A DNA stretch of 64,000 bases from Candidatus Omnitrophota bacterium (GTDB taxonomy: Bacteria; Omnitrophota; Gorgyraeia; JABMRN01; RBG-13-46-9): positions 2,355-66,354 of the forward strand of contig JAUWBJ010000002.1 of the NCBI GenBank assembly GCA_030605095.1, written 5' to 3'. Under the pieces are notes generated by a model. That model saw only the letters and a program-made list of their open reading frames with translations. It searched no databases and was not told the origin of the DNA. Each line of letters begins with the position of its first letter. Positions within the stretch are counted from its first letter, which is position 1. Position numbers and translations under genes: made by a program. Below are positions 17,131 through 26,188 of the stretch, in pieces.

Positions 17131-18212
17131 GTAGATTTATTCACATATAGCGTCTGGGTGGGATAGGCGAATTCAATGCCACGTTTTTCAAATTCTTCCT
17201 TTACGGCAAAATTAATCTCTTGCTGAATATCCATATATTTATTGTAATCCCTGCTCATAACGTAGTAAACAACTTCAATAACGAGGTTGAAATCGCCGTA
17301 TGAAGAGAAATGCGCGCGGTCAAAAGTCGTATCCTTAACGTTTTTTATCACTTTCTCGATTACGCCTGGTATCTCTTTTAACTTTTTAAGGGGCGTCTGG
17401 TATGTAACGCCAAGCCTGAAAACAACTCTCCTTTTTCCCATCCTTTTATAGTTGCGCACCCTGGATGAGGTAAGGTCTTTGTTGGAAAAAACAACCTGCT
17501 CTCCGCCGAGTGAGCGTATGCGCGTGGTCTTAATTCCGATATGCTCGATGGTTCCTAAATAGTCCCCTATTATGATAAAATCTCCGATTTCAAACGGCTT
17601 GTCAAAAAGAATCGCGAAATAACTGAATAAATCGCCCAGAATCGCCTGGGCCGCTAAAGCTATTGCCACGCCTCCTATACCCAGCCCTGCGATAACGGCT
17701 GATATTTTGAATCCCAGATTGTCCAGGAAAAACGTAATCGCCAGACCCCATACAACTACCTTTACGACTTTTAAAATTCCGGTCAGACTGCGCTCTAAAG
17801 TTTTATCTTTTCCTCTTTTTGCCGAATAAATATCAAACCCGTAATCCGTAAGGGCTATGGCTAAACGCGCTATAAACATCACCAGAATAGCCATCATTAC
17901 AGTGTTGATGCCTTTTAAGAGCAGCGGATTTAAAGTCAGGGTATTTACGCTTATATATAAAACGCCGAAATACGCTAAAGGAAGGGCTATATTTTGAACA
18001 ATTCCAATCAGAAAGTCATCCAGGGTGGTAACGGTTTTCTCCGCCCATTTTTTTAAGCGTTTTAGAAGAAAATGGCGGAATATTTTAATACCGACATAAC
18101 CTGCAAAAAACAGAAGAACGCATATCAAATAATCCGCGATACGGTTTCCGAGAAAAACATTTTCCATAATATCCTGAAACATTTTATCCTCCGCCGGATG
18201 TGGCCCGGACAA
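17127..18212 (-). CDS. Mechanosensitive ion channel, MscS family
   Basis: TM helices followed by the conserved MscS beta-domain (...GDLFSYFAILFDKPFEIGDFI...). Confidence 0.85.
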   Translation of the reverse strand: MSGPHPAEDKMFQDIMENVFLGNRIADYLICVLLFFAGYVGIKIFRHFLLKRLKKWAEKTVTTLDDFLIGIVQNIALPLAYFGVLYISVNTLTLNPLLLKGINTVMMAILVMFIARLAIALTDYGFDIYSAKRGKDKTLERSLTGILKVVKVVVWGLAITFFLDNLGFKISAVIAGLGIGGVAIALAAQAILGDLFSYFAILFDKPFEIGDFIIIGDYLGTIEHIGIKTTRIRSLGGEQVVFSNKDLTSSRVRNYKRMGKRRVVFRLGVTYQTPLKKLKEIPGVIEKVIKNVKDTTFDRAHFSSYGDFNLVIEVVYYVMSRDYNKYMDIQQEINFAVKEEFEKRGIEFAYPTQTLYVNKST

Positions 18213-20148
18213 GTTTTTCGAGCCGCAGCCACTGGTTGTCGATGTCTCTTTGTATTTCTTCTAAGACGTGCTTGTTTCCTTCTTTAAAGAGATGCTTGAA
18301 ACGGCCTTGTGTTCTTAAAAATTCTACAACAGGTTTTCTCTCTTTAGGCTTGTAGGTGAAATGCCAGATTCCTTTTTCAATTTCAATTAACGGCCAATAG
18401 CCTGTCTCTACGGCTAACTTGGAAATTTTCACCGTGTCTTCCTGCGGATAACGCCATCCGCGATGGCACAATGACAAGACATTTAAGAATGCGGGCCCCT
18501 CTACGGCAAACGCTTTCTGTGATTTCGTTACAAGGTCATTCCAGTGCGAAATCGAACCCTGGGCAACGTAAGGGATATTGTGCGCCGCAACAATGGCGGT
18601 GAGGTCCTTTCGTAGTTGGGGTTTGCCATAACTTGCTTTACCGGCAGGGGCTGTCGTTGTAGATGCGCCTTTTGGAGTTGCGCTGGAACGTTGTACCCCG
18701 GTATTTTCGTAGGCTTCGTTATTATAGCAGACATAGACGAAATTATGTCCGCGTTCAAATGCGCCGGACATAGACTGAAGTCCGATGTCGTAAGAATTTC
18801 CGCTTAATGATATTTTCCCGTTTCTTTTCGTAATAACAGTATGGTTCTTCTTTAATTGCGGACAATAAACGAAGCCCTTATAATCTTCTAGAAACACTTG
18901 TTGTTTGTTGCCGTAAAGCCTTCTTCTCGAATATAACTTATGATTTAAATAATTAAACCCTATACCTATTCTATAAACCCCGTCTTCTTTTCTTTGAGAA
19001 ATACTACAGTTTTTACCCAATTTTAAAACCAGCTCCACCATATTATTCATGAGTTCTTTCGAAGCTGTAATAAACTTAATGTGATAACTCCTGCGATTTT
19101 TTTGTTTAGTTATGGAGCCGTCCCCTTCTATCAGCGAACCGAATATTTCTTTAAGATAGTGCTTATTAAGTGATAATACCCATTTTGGTATTTTTTTATT
19201 TTTAAATCCCTTGCCGCATTCTCTTTCCAAATATTCGTATATTTGTTTTGATTGGAAGTCAACAGATCTGTTGCATTTAAACGGAGAAAGACCGAGATCT
19301 TTTAATAGTCTATAGATCTTTTCTTTCTTATCCTTATTTGACTGGTATATGCGTATAAGATAGCCGGATTTGCTTTTATATAAACATCCTTCAGTAATAT
19401 ACCAACCTAAAAATTTTAACCATTTTTTAGTATCAAATTTTGAAAATTCCTTTTGATATCTATATTTAGGAATCTTTGGAACTTCTATTACCATCCACAG
19501 CGTATCGTTTCCATCCCCATACCAATTGAACTTTCTCGAAAAAGCTGTTTTGTATCTTTTTAATAAATCGACGCCTTTGATAAACTCCCATTTACCCTTA
19601 TACCACATAGGCACATTATGATTCGGCGTTATTAAAAAGTCTATAAAACGGCTTTTGCCTCTTATCATTCTACCTTCATATGGATATTTATGCAGTTTTT
19701 CATTCTCCTGCAATTCCAAAATATTGGTTTCGGGATTTACCGACCAAATTTTTTCTCCTACTTTTATATTTTTTATATTTCTAAATCCGTTTTCGGTAAA
19801 TATTTCTGTATCTTCTGAATAGCAACCGCCATCGCCGCCGAAGGCAACGAACTTTATATCTTTAGTAATTTTACCTTTTTTCTTCAAAGCGCGGTAGGCT
19901 GTTTCTGCGCCACTTATTGTCGCAGCCACGTTTTCAAAAGCGTTATGTATAAAAGGAACGTTCCACGCCGTATACGGATATATAGTGGTAGCGACTTCTA
20001 AACATCCTGTCGCGGCTCCTGCTACGATAGGCGACGTTGTTCCCATAAGAATCTGCCTCACGGCGATAGAAGCTCCACAACCCGAGCAAAGCCTATGTCC
20101 CGGAGTCAATCTTTCCGGTATCTTTGATAGCTCTTTAATATTTGCCAT
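18184..20148 (-). CDS. porB: Pyruvate:ferredoxin oxidoreductase beta subunit (TPP-binding) interrupted by an in-frame intein
   Basis: N-extein ...FVAFGGDGG and C-extein SYDIGLQSMSGAFERGHNFVYVCYNNEAYENTGVQRSSATP match PorB. About 343 aa are inserted between them. Confidence 0.8.
   Translation of the reverse strand: MANIKELSKIPERLTPGHRLCSGCGASIAVRQILMGTTSPIVAGAATGCLEVATTIYPYTAWNVPFIHNAFENVAATISGAETAYRALKKKGKITKDIKFVAFGGDGGCYSEDTEIFTENGFRNIKNIKVGEKIWSVNPETNILELQENEKLHKYPYEGRMIRGKSRFIDFLITPNHNVPMWYKGKWEFIKGVDLLKRYKTAFSRKFNWYGDGNDTLWMVIEVPKIPKYRYQKEFSKFDTKKWLKFLGWYITEGCLYKSKSGYLIRIYQSNKDKKEKIYRLLKDLGLSPFKCNRSVDFQSKQIYEYLERECGKGFKNKKIPKWVLSLNKHYLKEIFGSLIEGDGSITKQKNRRSYHIKFITASKELMNNMVELVLKLGKNCSISQRKEDGVYRIGIGFNYLNHKLYSRRRLYGNKQQVFLEDYKGFVYCPQLKKNHTVITKRNGKISLSGNSYDIGLQSMSGAFERGHNFVYVCYNNEAYENTGVQRSSATPKGASTTTAPAGKASYGKPQLRKDLTAIVAAHNIPYVAQGSISHWNDLVTKSQKAFAVEGPAFLNVLSLCHRGWRYPQEDTVKISKLAVETGYWPLIEIEKGIWHFTYKPKERKPVVEFLRTQGRFKHLFKEGNKHVLEEIQRDIDNQWLRLEKLVRATSGGG
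18796..19824 (-). mobile_element. Intein with LAGLIDADG homing-endonuclease domain, inserted in porB
   Basis: Block A CYSEDTEIFT, block B TPNH, LAGLIDADG-like motifs LGWYITEGC and LIEGDGS, ends ...ISLSGN followed by +1 Ser. Confidence 0.7.
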
Positions 20149-20196
20149 TGTCCTTTAAACCTGTCCGACCGCGTAGGTCGGACAGGTTTTGTTAAT

Positions 20197-21375
20197 CTAA
20201 TTTCGAACTCCTAAATAGTTAACGAGTGCTTTAATCCTTCCTGTTTTCTTTATTTCCTCTAACTCTTTATATACCTTTTTTATGTCTTCCGGGAAGATGT
20301 CGCGGCCACCGAGGCCGAATATGTAATCTATAACCGGCGGTCTCTTTTGTGATTCATAAAGCGCTGCTTTAACTTCGCTGAACAAAGGCCCGCCTTCACC
20401 CGAGAACGAATCGCTTCTATCCAGGACAGCTACGGCTTTTAAATTCGAGAGTGCCTTTATAATTCTTTCCTTCGGGAACGGCCTGAAAAATCTCGGCTTG
20501 AGAAGGCCTGCCTTTACCCCTTTTTTTCTTAATTCATCAACCACGCCCTTCGCCGTCCCTGCCGTTGAGCTCAAGACAACAATCGCTACCTCGGCATCAC
20601 TCAGCTTGTATTCTTCAACCAGGTCGTGCGACTTATTAAATGTTTTATTAAATTCCGCCAGGACCGCCGGAATAGTTTTTAAGGCATCTTTCATCGCCTC
20701 TGCTTCCTGGCGTTTATGTTCGAAATAAAAATCCTGCAAATCCAGGGGACCGTATGTTACCGGGTTTTCCACATCGAGAAGGCTGTGTTCCAGAGTATAT
20801 TCGCCTATAAACTTTTTAACCTTGTCGTCAGGAAATGTACTTATACCTTCTACGGCGTGGCTTGTTATAAAACCATCCTGGCAGACCATAACGGGCAGGA
20901 GAATCTTTTTGTGCTCTGCTATTTTTACGGCAACAATGATATTTTCGTAAACCTCCTCGGCATTTTCGGAATAAAGCTGAATCCAGCCCGAGTCCCTTGC
21001 GCCCATTGTATCGGAGTGGTCGCAATGTATGTTTATGGGCCCTGACAAGGCTCTATTCACGACAGGCATAACAATGGGAAGGCGTAAAGACGCCGTTATA
21101 TAAACAATTTCCCACATAAGGGCAAGGCCGTTTGCCGACGTGGCGGTCATTGTCCGCGCACCGCTTGCGGCAGAGCCGACGCACGCGCTCATCGCGCTAT
21201 GTTCGGACTCAACCGGAATCATTTCTGTCTTTACCCTGCCGTCAGCCGCGAACTGGGAAAAATTCATAACAATCTCTGTCTGCGGCGTAATAGGATAAGC
21301 CGCGACGACATCCGGCTCAATCTGTCTCATTGCCTCAGCAGCAGCCTGGTCTCCCGTTAATGCGGTTAATTTCAT
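20197..21375 (-). CDS. porA: Pyruvate:ferredoxin oxidoreductase alpha subunit
   Basis: 392 aa. PorA-like N-terminus (YPITPQTEI...), in operon order with porD and porB. Confidence 0.85.
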   Translation of the reverse strand: MKLTALTGDQAAAEAMRQIEPDVVAAYPITPQTEIVMNFSQFAADGRVKTEMIPVESEHSAMSACVGSAASGARTMTATSANGLALMWEIVYITASLRLPIVMPVVNRALSGPINIHCDHSDTMGARDSGWIQLYSENAEEVYENIIVAVKIAEHKKILLPVMVCQDGFITSHAVEGISTFPDDKVKKFIGEYTLEHSLLDVENPVTYGPLDLQDFYFEHKRQEAEAMKDALKTIPAVLAEFNKTFNKSHDLVEEYKLSDAEVAIVVLSSTAGTAKGVVDELRKKGVKAGLLKPRFFRPFPKERIIKALSNLKAVAVLDRSDSFSGEGGPLFSEVKAALYESQKRPPVIDYIFGLGGRDIFPEDIKKVYKELEEIKKTGRIKALVNYLGVRN

Positions 21376-21650
21376 CCCTTCTCCATTTTAATACACTTTA
21401 CCGGGCAGATGCTCGCGCATATCCCGCAACCCTTGCAGTAGTCATAGTCAAATCCTTCCATTTTTCCGTCTTTTACAAGAACGGAGGAATCGGGGCAGTA
21501 TATCCAGCATTGAAGGCAATTTATGCATTTGGGTTTATCCACAACCGGCTTAAAAGTCCGCCATGAACCTGTCTTATATTCCCTGGCAGTACCGCCTTTA
21601 TCTATAATTCCGGCTATCGGAATCTCTTTCCAGCCTTTTTTCTTTTTCAC
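21372..21650 (-). CDS. porD: Pyruvate:ferredoxin oxidoreductase delta subunit (2x[4Fe-4S] ferredoxin)
   Basis: CINCLQCWIYCP and CKGCGICASICP cluster motifs. GTG start. Confidence 0.8.
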   Translation of the reverse strand: MKKKKGWKEIPIAGIIDKGGTAREYKTGSWRTFKPVVDKPKCINCLQCWIYCPDSSVLVKDGKMEGFDYDYCKGCGICASICPVKCIKMEKG

Positions 21651-21764
21651 CCCGCCCTTCCTTTTCTTTTGATGCCAATCATTGTCTTTATTTTTGCTAA
21701 ACTACTCCCCCTCTTCCTTATGTAATTTGTTTTAATCTTTTTATTAGGAAGGGCGGGGTTCATC
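21647..21764. repeat. Inverted-repeat intergenic element, copy A (CACCCCGCCCTTCC ... GGAAGGGCGGGGTTCATC)
   Basis: 13-bp terminal inverted repeats around about 90 bp, with homology to copy B at 28934-29047. The left arm provides AGGAAGG SD plus the GTG start of porD. The right arm overlaps the porG stop. Confidence 0.5.
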
Positions 21765-22332
21765 CTGTCTTTGTTTCCTTGAAGGCGCGTTTTATCGCTT
21801 TTATGTTCGCTTCGGTTTTTTCTTCGCCGAGCTTTTTAAGGAATTTCTTCCGCACTTTTTTTTCCAGCGCTTCAACCGGCACAATCGGTTTAATCTTCAA
21901 AAGAGCGCCCAGCATCGGCGTATTGGGCATCGGCATACCGAGTATCTCCAGTGAAATTTTTGTCGCATCGCAGGTGGCAACTTTTCCTTTTTTGTATCTC
22001 GCCTTCCAGCGCACGCTATCAACTGTCTCGGTCGTATTCACAATCAAGATACCGCTCTCGTCCAGGCCATCGGCAACATCAACAGTCTCCAGTAATGTCG
22101 GGTCTATCACAACAACAATATCGGGATTTGTTACAGGGGAATGGATATTTATCGGCCGGTCGCTGATTCTGGTATAGGCGCGAATAGGCGCGCCTGCCCT
22201 TTCAGGGCCGTATTCGGGAAAGGCCTGAATAGACTTACCTGTATCCAGGGCCGCTTCAGCCAAAAACTGGGCGGCTGTCTTGGCGCCCTGGCCTCCCCGG
22301 CCATGCCACCTTATTTCTAATAAATCCTTCAT
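21760..22332 (-). CDS. porG: Pyruvate:ferredoxin oxidoreductase gamma subunit
   Basis: RGGQGAKTAAQ motif typical of POR gamma subunits. Confidence 0.85.
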   Translation of the reverse strand: MKDLLEIRWHGRGGQGAKTAAQFLAEAALDTGKSIQAFPEYGPERAGAPIRAYTRISDRPINIHSPVTNPDIVVVIDPTLLETVDVADGLDESGILIVNTTETVDSVRWKARYKKGKVATCDATKISLEILGMPMPNTPMLGALLKIKPIVPVEALEKKVRKKFLKKLGEEKTEANIKAIKRAFKETKTG

Positions 22333-22349
22333 TTTGTCGGCTTTTAGAC

Positions 22350-23135
22350 TTAAACAGCGGGGCCTTGAGGACTTTCGCCTTCCTTAGCCAGCCCTAAGTA
22401 ATAACCCATGAAAACGAGCATCATAACAACAGGAATGTAAGATTGAACGGCGCTATTTACAATGGTTATTATTACCCGGGTTAGTATAAGTGGCAGCGGG
22501 ATAGTGATAAGTCCGATTATAAATCCGATTACTAAAGAAACAACAACGCTGATAGCAATCAAAAACAGAAATATCTTTAATACTTCCCAGAAATTATTTC
22601 GGCTTACGCTTATGCCTTTTTTAATCGCCTGTAAAACGCGGTTCTCATCGGCAACGATTGAGTAAACCGGGAATAAAAGTATAACCACGGCAACAAGCGC
22701 AACGGTTGCTGCTATAACCGTAACGATAGATCTCATGAAGGCATTATTAGCGATAAGCAAAACGCCGCTTCCGACCAAGAACAGAACTAACGCAATTCCC
22801 AGCGCTATTAATACATAAAGTGAGAGGAGGCCCAGAATTCTCAAATAGTACTTTTTTCCGTATGCGATAAAATTAGATATGTCGCAGGCGCCCGTTTTGT
22901 GAATATCCCTGGTGAGCCCTAACGCCCCGCCTTGCAAAAAGATAAAAATAGTGAAAAATATCAAGGTGAGAAGGAATGAGATCGTCGCTATGACGGGATT
23001 TCCTGTATTCTCCGGCGTTGTAAGCGGTAAACTCATCAGGCCCATAACAACGTTAAGGATAAAAAATATTAATACCACTTTAAGCAGTTTTTGGCTTAAT
23101 AAGAATCCTTTTTTTACAGATTCAACTATATTCAT
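22350..23135 (-). CDS. Hypothetical polytopic membrane protein
   Basis: 261 aa with 6 or more hydrophobic helices. Confidence 0.4.
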   Translation of the reverse strand: MNIVESVKKGFLLSQKLLKVVLIFFILNVVMGLMSLPLTTPENTGNPVIATISFLLTLIFFTIFIFLQGGALGLTRDIHKTGACDISNFIAYGKKYYLRILGLLSLYVLIALGIALVLFLVGSGVLLIANNAFMRSIVTVIAATVALVAVVILLFPVYSIVADENRVLQAIKKGISVSRNNFWEVLKIFLFLIAISVVVSLVIGFIIGLITIPLPLILTRVIITIVNSAVQSYIPVVMMLVFMGYYLGLAKEGESPQGPAV

Positions 23136-23214
23136 CTTAACCTCCCGCTCTTTTCGAGCTTTAAAATTAAAGATACACTATAAATAAAGCGCTGTCAAGA
23201 CCTTATTGCGTTTA

Positions 23215-23814
23215 TCAAGCTTCTCTTTTACCCTCGAAGGCTTTATAAAGGGTCGCTTGATCCGCGTATTCGAGATTTCCGCCCACGGGCATACCGTAAG
23301 CAATCCTGTATAGCTTTATGGCCATGGGCTTCAGCAATTTAACAAGGTAAAGGGCTGTGGCCTCGCCTTCCGTGTTGGAATCGGTCGCGATTATGACTTC
23401 TTTTATCTTTTCTTTTCTGATTCTTTTTACCAGCTCGTCGATTTTTAAGTCCTTGGGGCCCACGCCGTCTAAAGGCGATAATGCCCCCAGCAAAACGTGA
23501 TATACGCCGTTAAAGTGCCCCATCTTCTCTATCGAAATCACGTCGCTCGGTTTTTCTACGACGCACAAAGTCGCCTTATCCCTGGCGTCGTTACCGCATA
23601 TGTCGCAGAGCTCCTGATCACTCAAGTTATTACAGGTCTTGCAGAATTTCACGCTGTTTTTAAGTTTTACTATTGCATCCGAAAGCTTTTTTGCTTCTTC
23701 AGCCGGCTTTGTCAAAATGAAAAAGGCAAGCCGCTGGGCTGATTTCGGGCCTATGCCCGGCATTTTGCTAAATTCCGTTATCAACGCCTTCATCGAACCC
23801 GGCAGGCCCTTCAT
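23215..23814 (-). CDS. recR: Recombination protein RecR
   Basis: HhH motif, C4 zinc finger (CKTCNNLSDQELCDIC) and Toprim domain. Confidence 0.9.
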   Translation of the reverse strand: MKGLPGSMKALITEFSKMPGIGPKSAQRLAFFILTKPAEEAKKLSDAIVKLKNSVKFCKTCNNLSDQELCDICGNDARDKATLCVVEKPSDVISIEKMGHFNGVYHVLLGALSPLDGVGPKDLKIDELVKRIRKEKIKEVIIATDSNTEGEATALYLVKLLKPMAIKLYRIAYGMPVGGNLEYADQATLYKAFEGKREA

Positions 23815-25514
23815 GCTTTCTCCTTATTCCTATTCTCTCTTATATCCACAACCCTTCCCTCAAATATGTCAACCGCTGACTCTACTATCGGGTCTACCCT
23901 GTTTGGCCGGTTTTTTCCGGCTTCTTCAATTTCGCTCTCTTCAATACTTGTTATCCCGGATGCGGCGGATTCTTCAATTTGCCCTTCCAGGGCCTCAATA
24001 CTTAAAGATACGTCTTCTCCTGTAATGCTTTTAATGGCTTCTTCTACGAATTTTTTGTTTGTATTGACCTCTAACGCCTCTTTATGCAATGAATTATTCT
24101 TGTTAAACCCTATCGCAAGGACATTATCTTCCACCTTGAGCAGCTTTCCTTCGGAAAGGAACGTAGCAATCGACATTTTTTTGTTCTTTACGAAATTTAA
24201 AACCTTGGCCCAGGAGCTTCTTATCTTCTGCAGGAGGAGTATGTCGCGCTCCGCAGCAACTTCTTCTTCCGGTATCGCGGGCGGTTCTGCGGATGGCTTT
24301 ACAGACGGTCTTACAATTTTTTCGGATTTCTCCGCCGTGGCATGCCTACTTTGAATTCCTCCTCTGGCGAAGGAGGATTCTATCCGTGAAAGCCTGTCCA
24401 GAATTTCTTTAATTGAAGTGAGCCTGGTTCTATCAGTCAATTTAATCAAGGAAATTTCCAGGGGAACTCGCGCCAGGTTTGTCTTCTTCATTAAATCCAT
24501 TGCGGCAGATAATGTGTAGGTGACGTATAAAATTTCATCGAGCGAGAGGAGCTTACTCTGCTCCCGTAACTTATAATAGTCCTCTTCGGAAAGCGTTATG
24601 TAGACGCTACTCGTATCCTTTGCTATTTTCGCCACCATAAGATTTCTGAAGTAGTCTATGATGCTTGAAGCTACAAAAATAGGGTCCTTTCCGCTATTTA
24701 CGAGGCCATCGATGATGTTTAACACATTTTCCTTTTTGTTATTTATTATAGAGTCGGCTAAATCAAAGAGGACATCCTGCTCTAACAAGCCCAGAACCTT
24801 CGTAACGTCATGGGCCTGCACTTTTCCTTTTGTAAAGGAGAGGAGTTGATCGAGAATTATCTCCGCGTCTCTCATGCTCCCGTCGGCCTGCCTTGCGATT
24901 AAAAAGATTGCTTCATCGTTAACGTCAAGTTTTTCCTTTTTTCTAATCTCCTCTAATTTTTTAGCTATATCCCTTTTGGGTATTTTTCTAAAGTCGAAGC
25001 GCTGGCATCTGGAAATGATTGTCGGTAATACCTTGTAGGGCCTGGTGGTCGCAAAGATAAATTTCACATGGAGCGGCGGTTCCTCCAGCGTCTTAAGTAG
25101 GGCGTTAAAGGCCTCCTGGGTGAGCATATGGACTTCGTCGATAATGTATATCCGGAATTTTCCGCGCACAGAGGCAAATTTTACATTTTCTCTTAAGTTC
25201 CTTATTTCATCGATTCCCCTGTTGGAAGCGCCGTCGATTTCTATAACATCCATGCCTATCCCCCGCAAAATTTCCTGGCAGGAAGCACATTTATTGCACG
25301 GCTCGGGACGCGGGCCCTTCTCGCAGTTTAAACTCTTGGCAAGGATTCTCGCAGTCGATGTCTTGCCGACCCCACGCGGGCCGGTAAATAGATACGCATG
25401 CGCAACCTTATCCATAGCGATAGCGTTCTTAAGCGTAGTCGCGATATGCTCCTGTCCTATAATTTCATCAAACGCCTGCGGCCTGTATTTCCTCGCAAAT
25501 GGTAGGTATGCCAT
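23811..25514 (-). CDS. dnaX: DNA polymerase III subunit gamma/tau
   Basis: ARKYRPQAFDEIIGQEHI...GPRGVGKTS... Overlaps recR by 4 bp; no ybaB lies between them. Confidence 0.9.
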   Translation of the reverse strand: MAYLPFARKYRPQAFDEIIGQEHIATTLKNAIAMDKVAHAYLFTGPRGVGKTSTARILAKSLNCEKGPRPEPCNKCASCQEILRGIGMDVIEIDGASNRGIDEIRNLRENVKFASVRGKFRIYIIDEVHMLTQEAFNALLKTLEEPPLHVKFIFATTRPYKVLPTIISRCQRFDFRKIPKRDIAKKLEEIRKKEKLDVNDEAIFLIARQADGSMRDAEIILDQLLSFTKGKVQAHDVTKVLGLLEQDVLFDLADSIINNKKENVLNIIDGLVNSGKDPIFVASSIIDYFRNLMVAKIAKDTSSVYITLSEEDYYKLREQSKLLSLDEILYVTYTLSAAMDLMKKTNLARVPLEISLIKLTDRTRLTSIKEILDRLSRIESSFARGGIQSRHATAEKSEKIVRPSVKPSAEPPAIPEEEVAAERDILLLQKIRSSWAKVLNFVKNKKMSIATFLSEGKLLKVEDNVLAIGFNKNNSLHKEALEVNTNKKFVEEAIKSITGEDVSLSIEALEGQIEESAASGITSIEESEIEEAGKNRPNRVDPIVESAVDIFEGRVVDIRENRNKEKA

Positions 25515-25720
25515 ATTGGTTTTTCCTTTTCAACAAATACCTTTATATCAAAAAATAGCCCAAAAAGCAACTCAATTACGCCTCTTGGGTATGACCTACG
25601 AACAAATCGCCAAAAGTTTAAACGTCGGTGTAATAACTGCTACTAAGGCTTGTAAATATAAAAGGAGGAACTGTTTCTAATTTGTGGCACCACGATATTC
25701 CAAGTCTGCATCGGAAGTTC

Positions 25721-26173
25721 TCAAGTCCATCTAAATATTTTCTTTAGCTTCGCCGGTGGTTTAATTATATATACAACTATAGTAACAAGAGCGATAAATA
25801 TTGTAGGAATCAATATTACTAATGGATTAACATCCGGATAAACTAATTTTTCGATATAGCGGACTATAAACGAACCGTGATACCCAATTTTAGAATTGTA
25901 TCCTCCCCTTAAAAAATTTTCCAGTATAGTTAAAGGACAATACTCTCTTAAAAGAGTCAATAGCCCAACATAGACTATACCGCAAAGATGAAGTGTCCTG
26001 AATAACCATCTGTCAAAGAATTTAGGGTTAAAGAATCCTCTTAAAGTAAGGAAGAATCCCGAAAGCATAAAGAGTATCCATAAAAAATGTATAACTACGA
26101 TTAAATCAGCAAAAATTTTGTACAGCAACTTTACCCCGTTAGAAAAGGCTCTGTCCTTCATCCCGTTAGACAA
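25721..26173 (-). CDS. Hypothetical membrane protein
   Basis: 150 aa with 3-4 TM segments. Confidence 0.35.
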   Translation of the reverse strand: MSNGMKDRAFSNGVKLLYKIFADLIVVIHFLWILFMLSGFFLTLRGFFNPKFFDRWLFRTLHLCGIVYVGLLTLLREYCPLTILENFLRGGYNSKIGYHGSFIVRYIEKLVYPDVNPLVILIPTIFIALVTIVVYIIKPPAKLKKIFRWT

Positions 26174-26188
26174 ATTTTCTAACGGGGT

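Noticed and set aside
25045-25680. 211-aa plus-strand ORF antisense to dnaX. Its last 30 codons read LRLLGMTYEQIAKSLNVGVITATKA, reminiscent of a sigma-70 region 4 or LuxR HTH.
   Set aside because: Most of the ORF is antisense to dnaX and so is spurious. The HTH-like tail (25590-25680) could be a relic of a regulator gene, but it is too short and isolated to call. No SRP RNA (ffs) motif was found in the dnaX upstream gap either.
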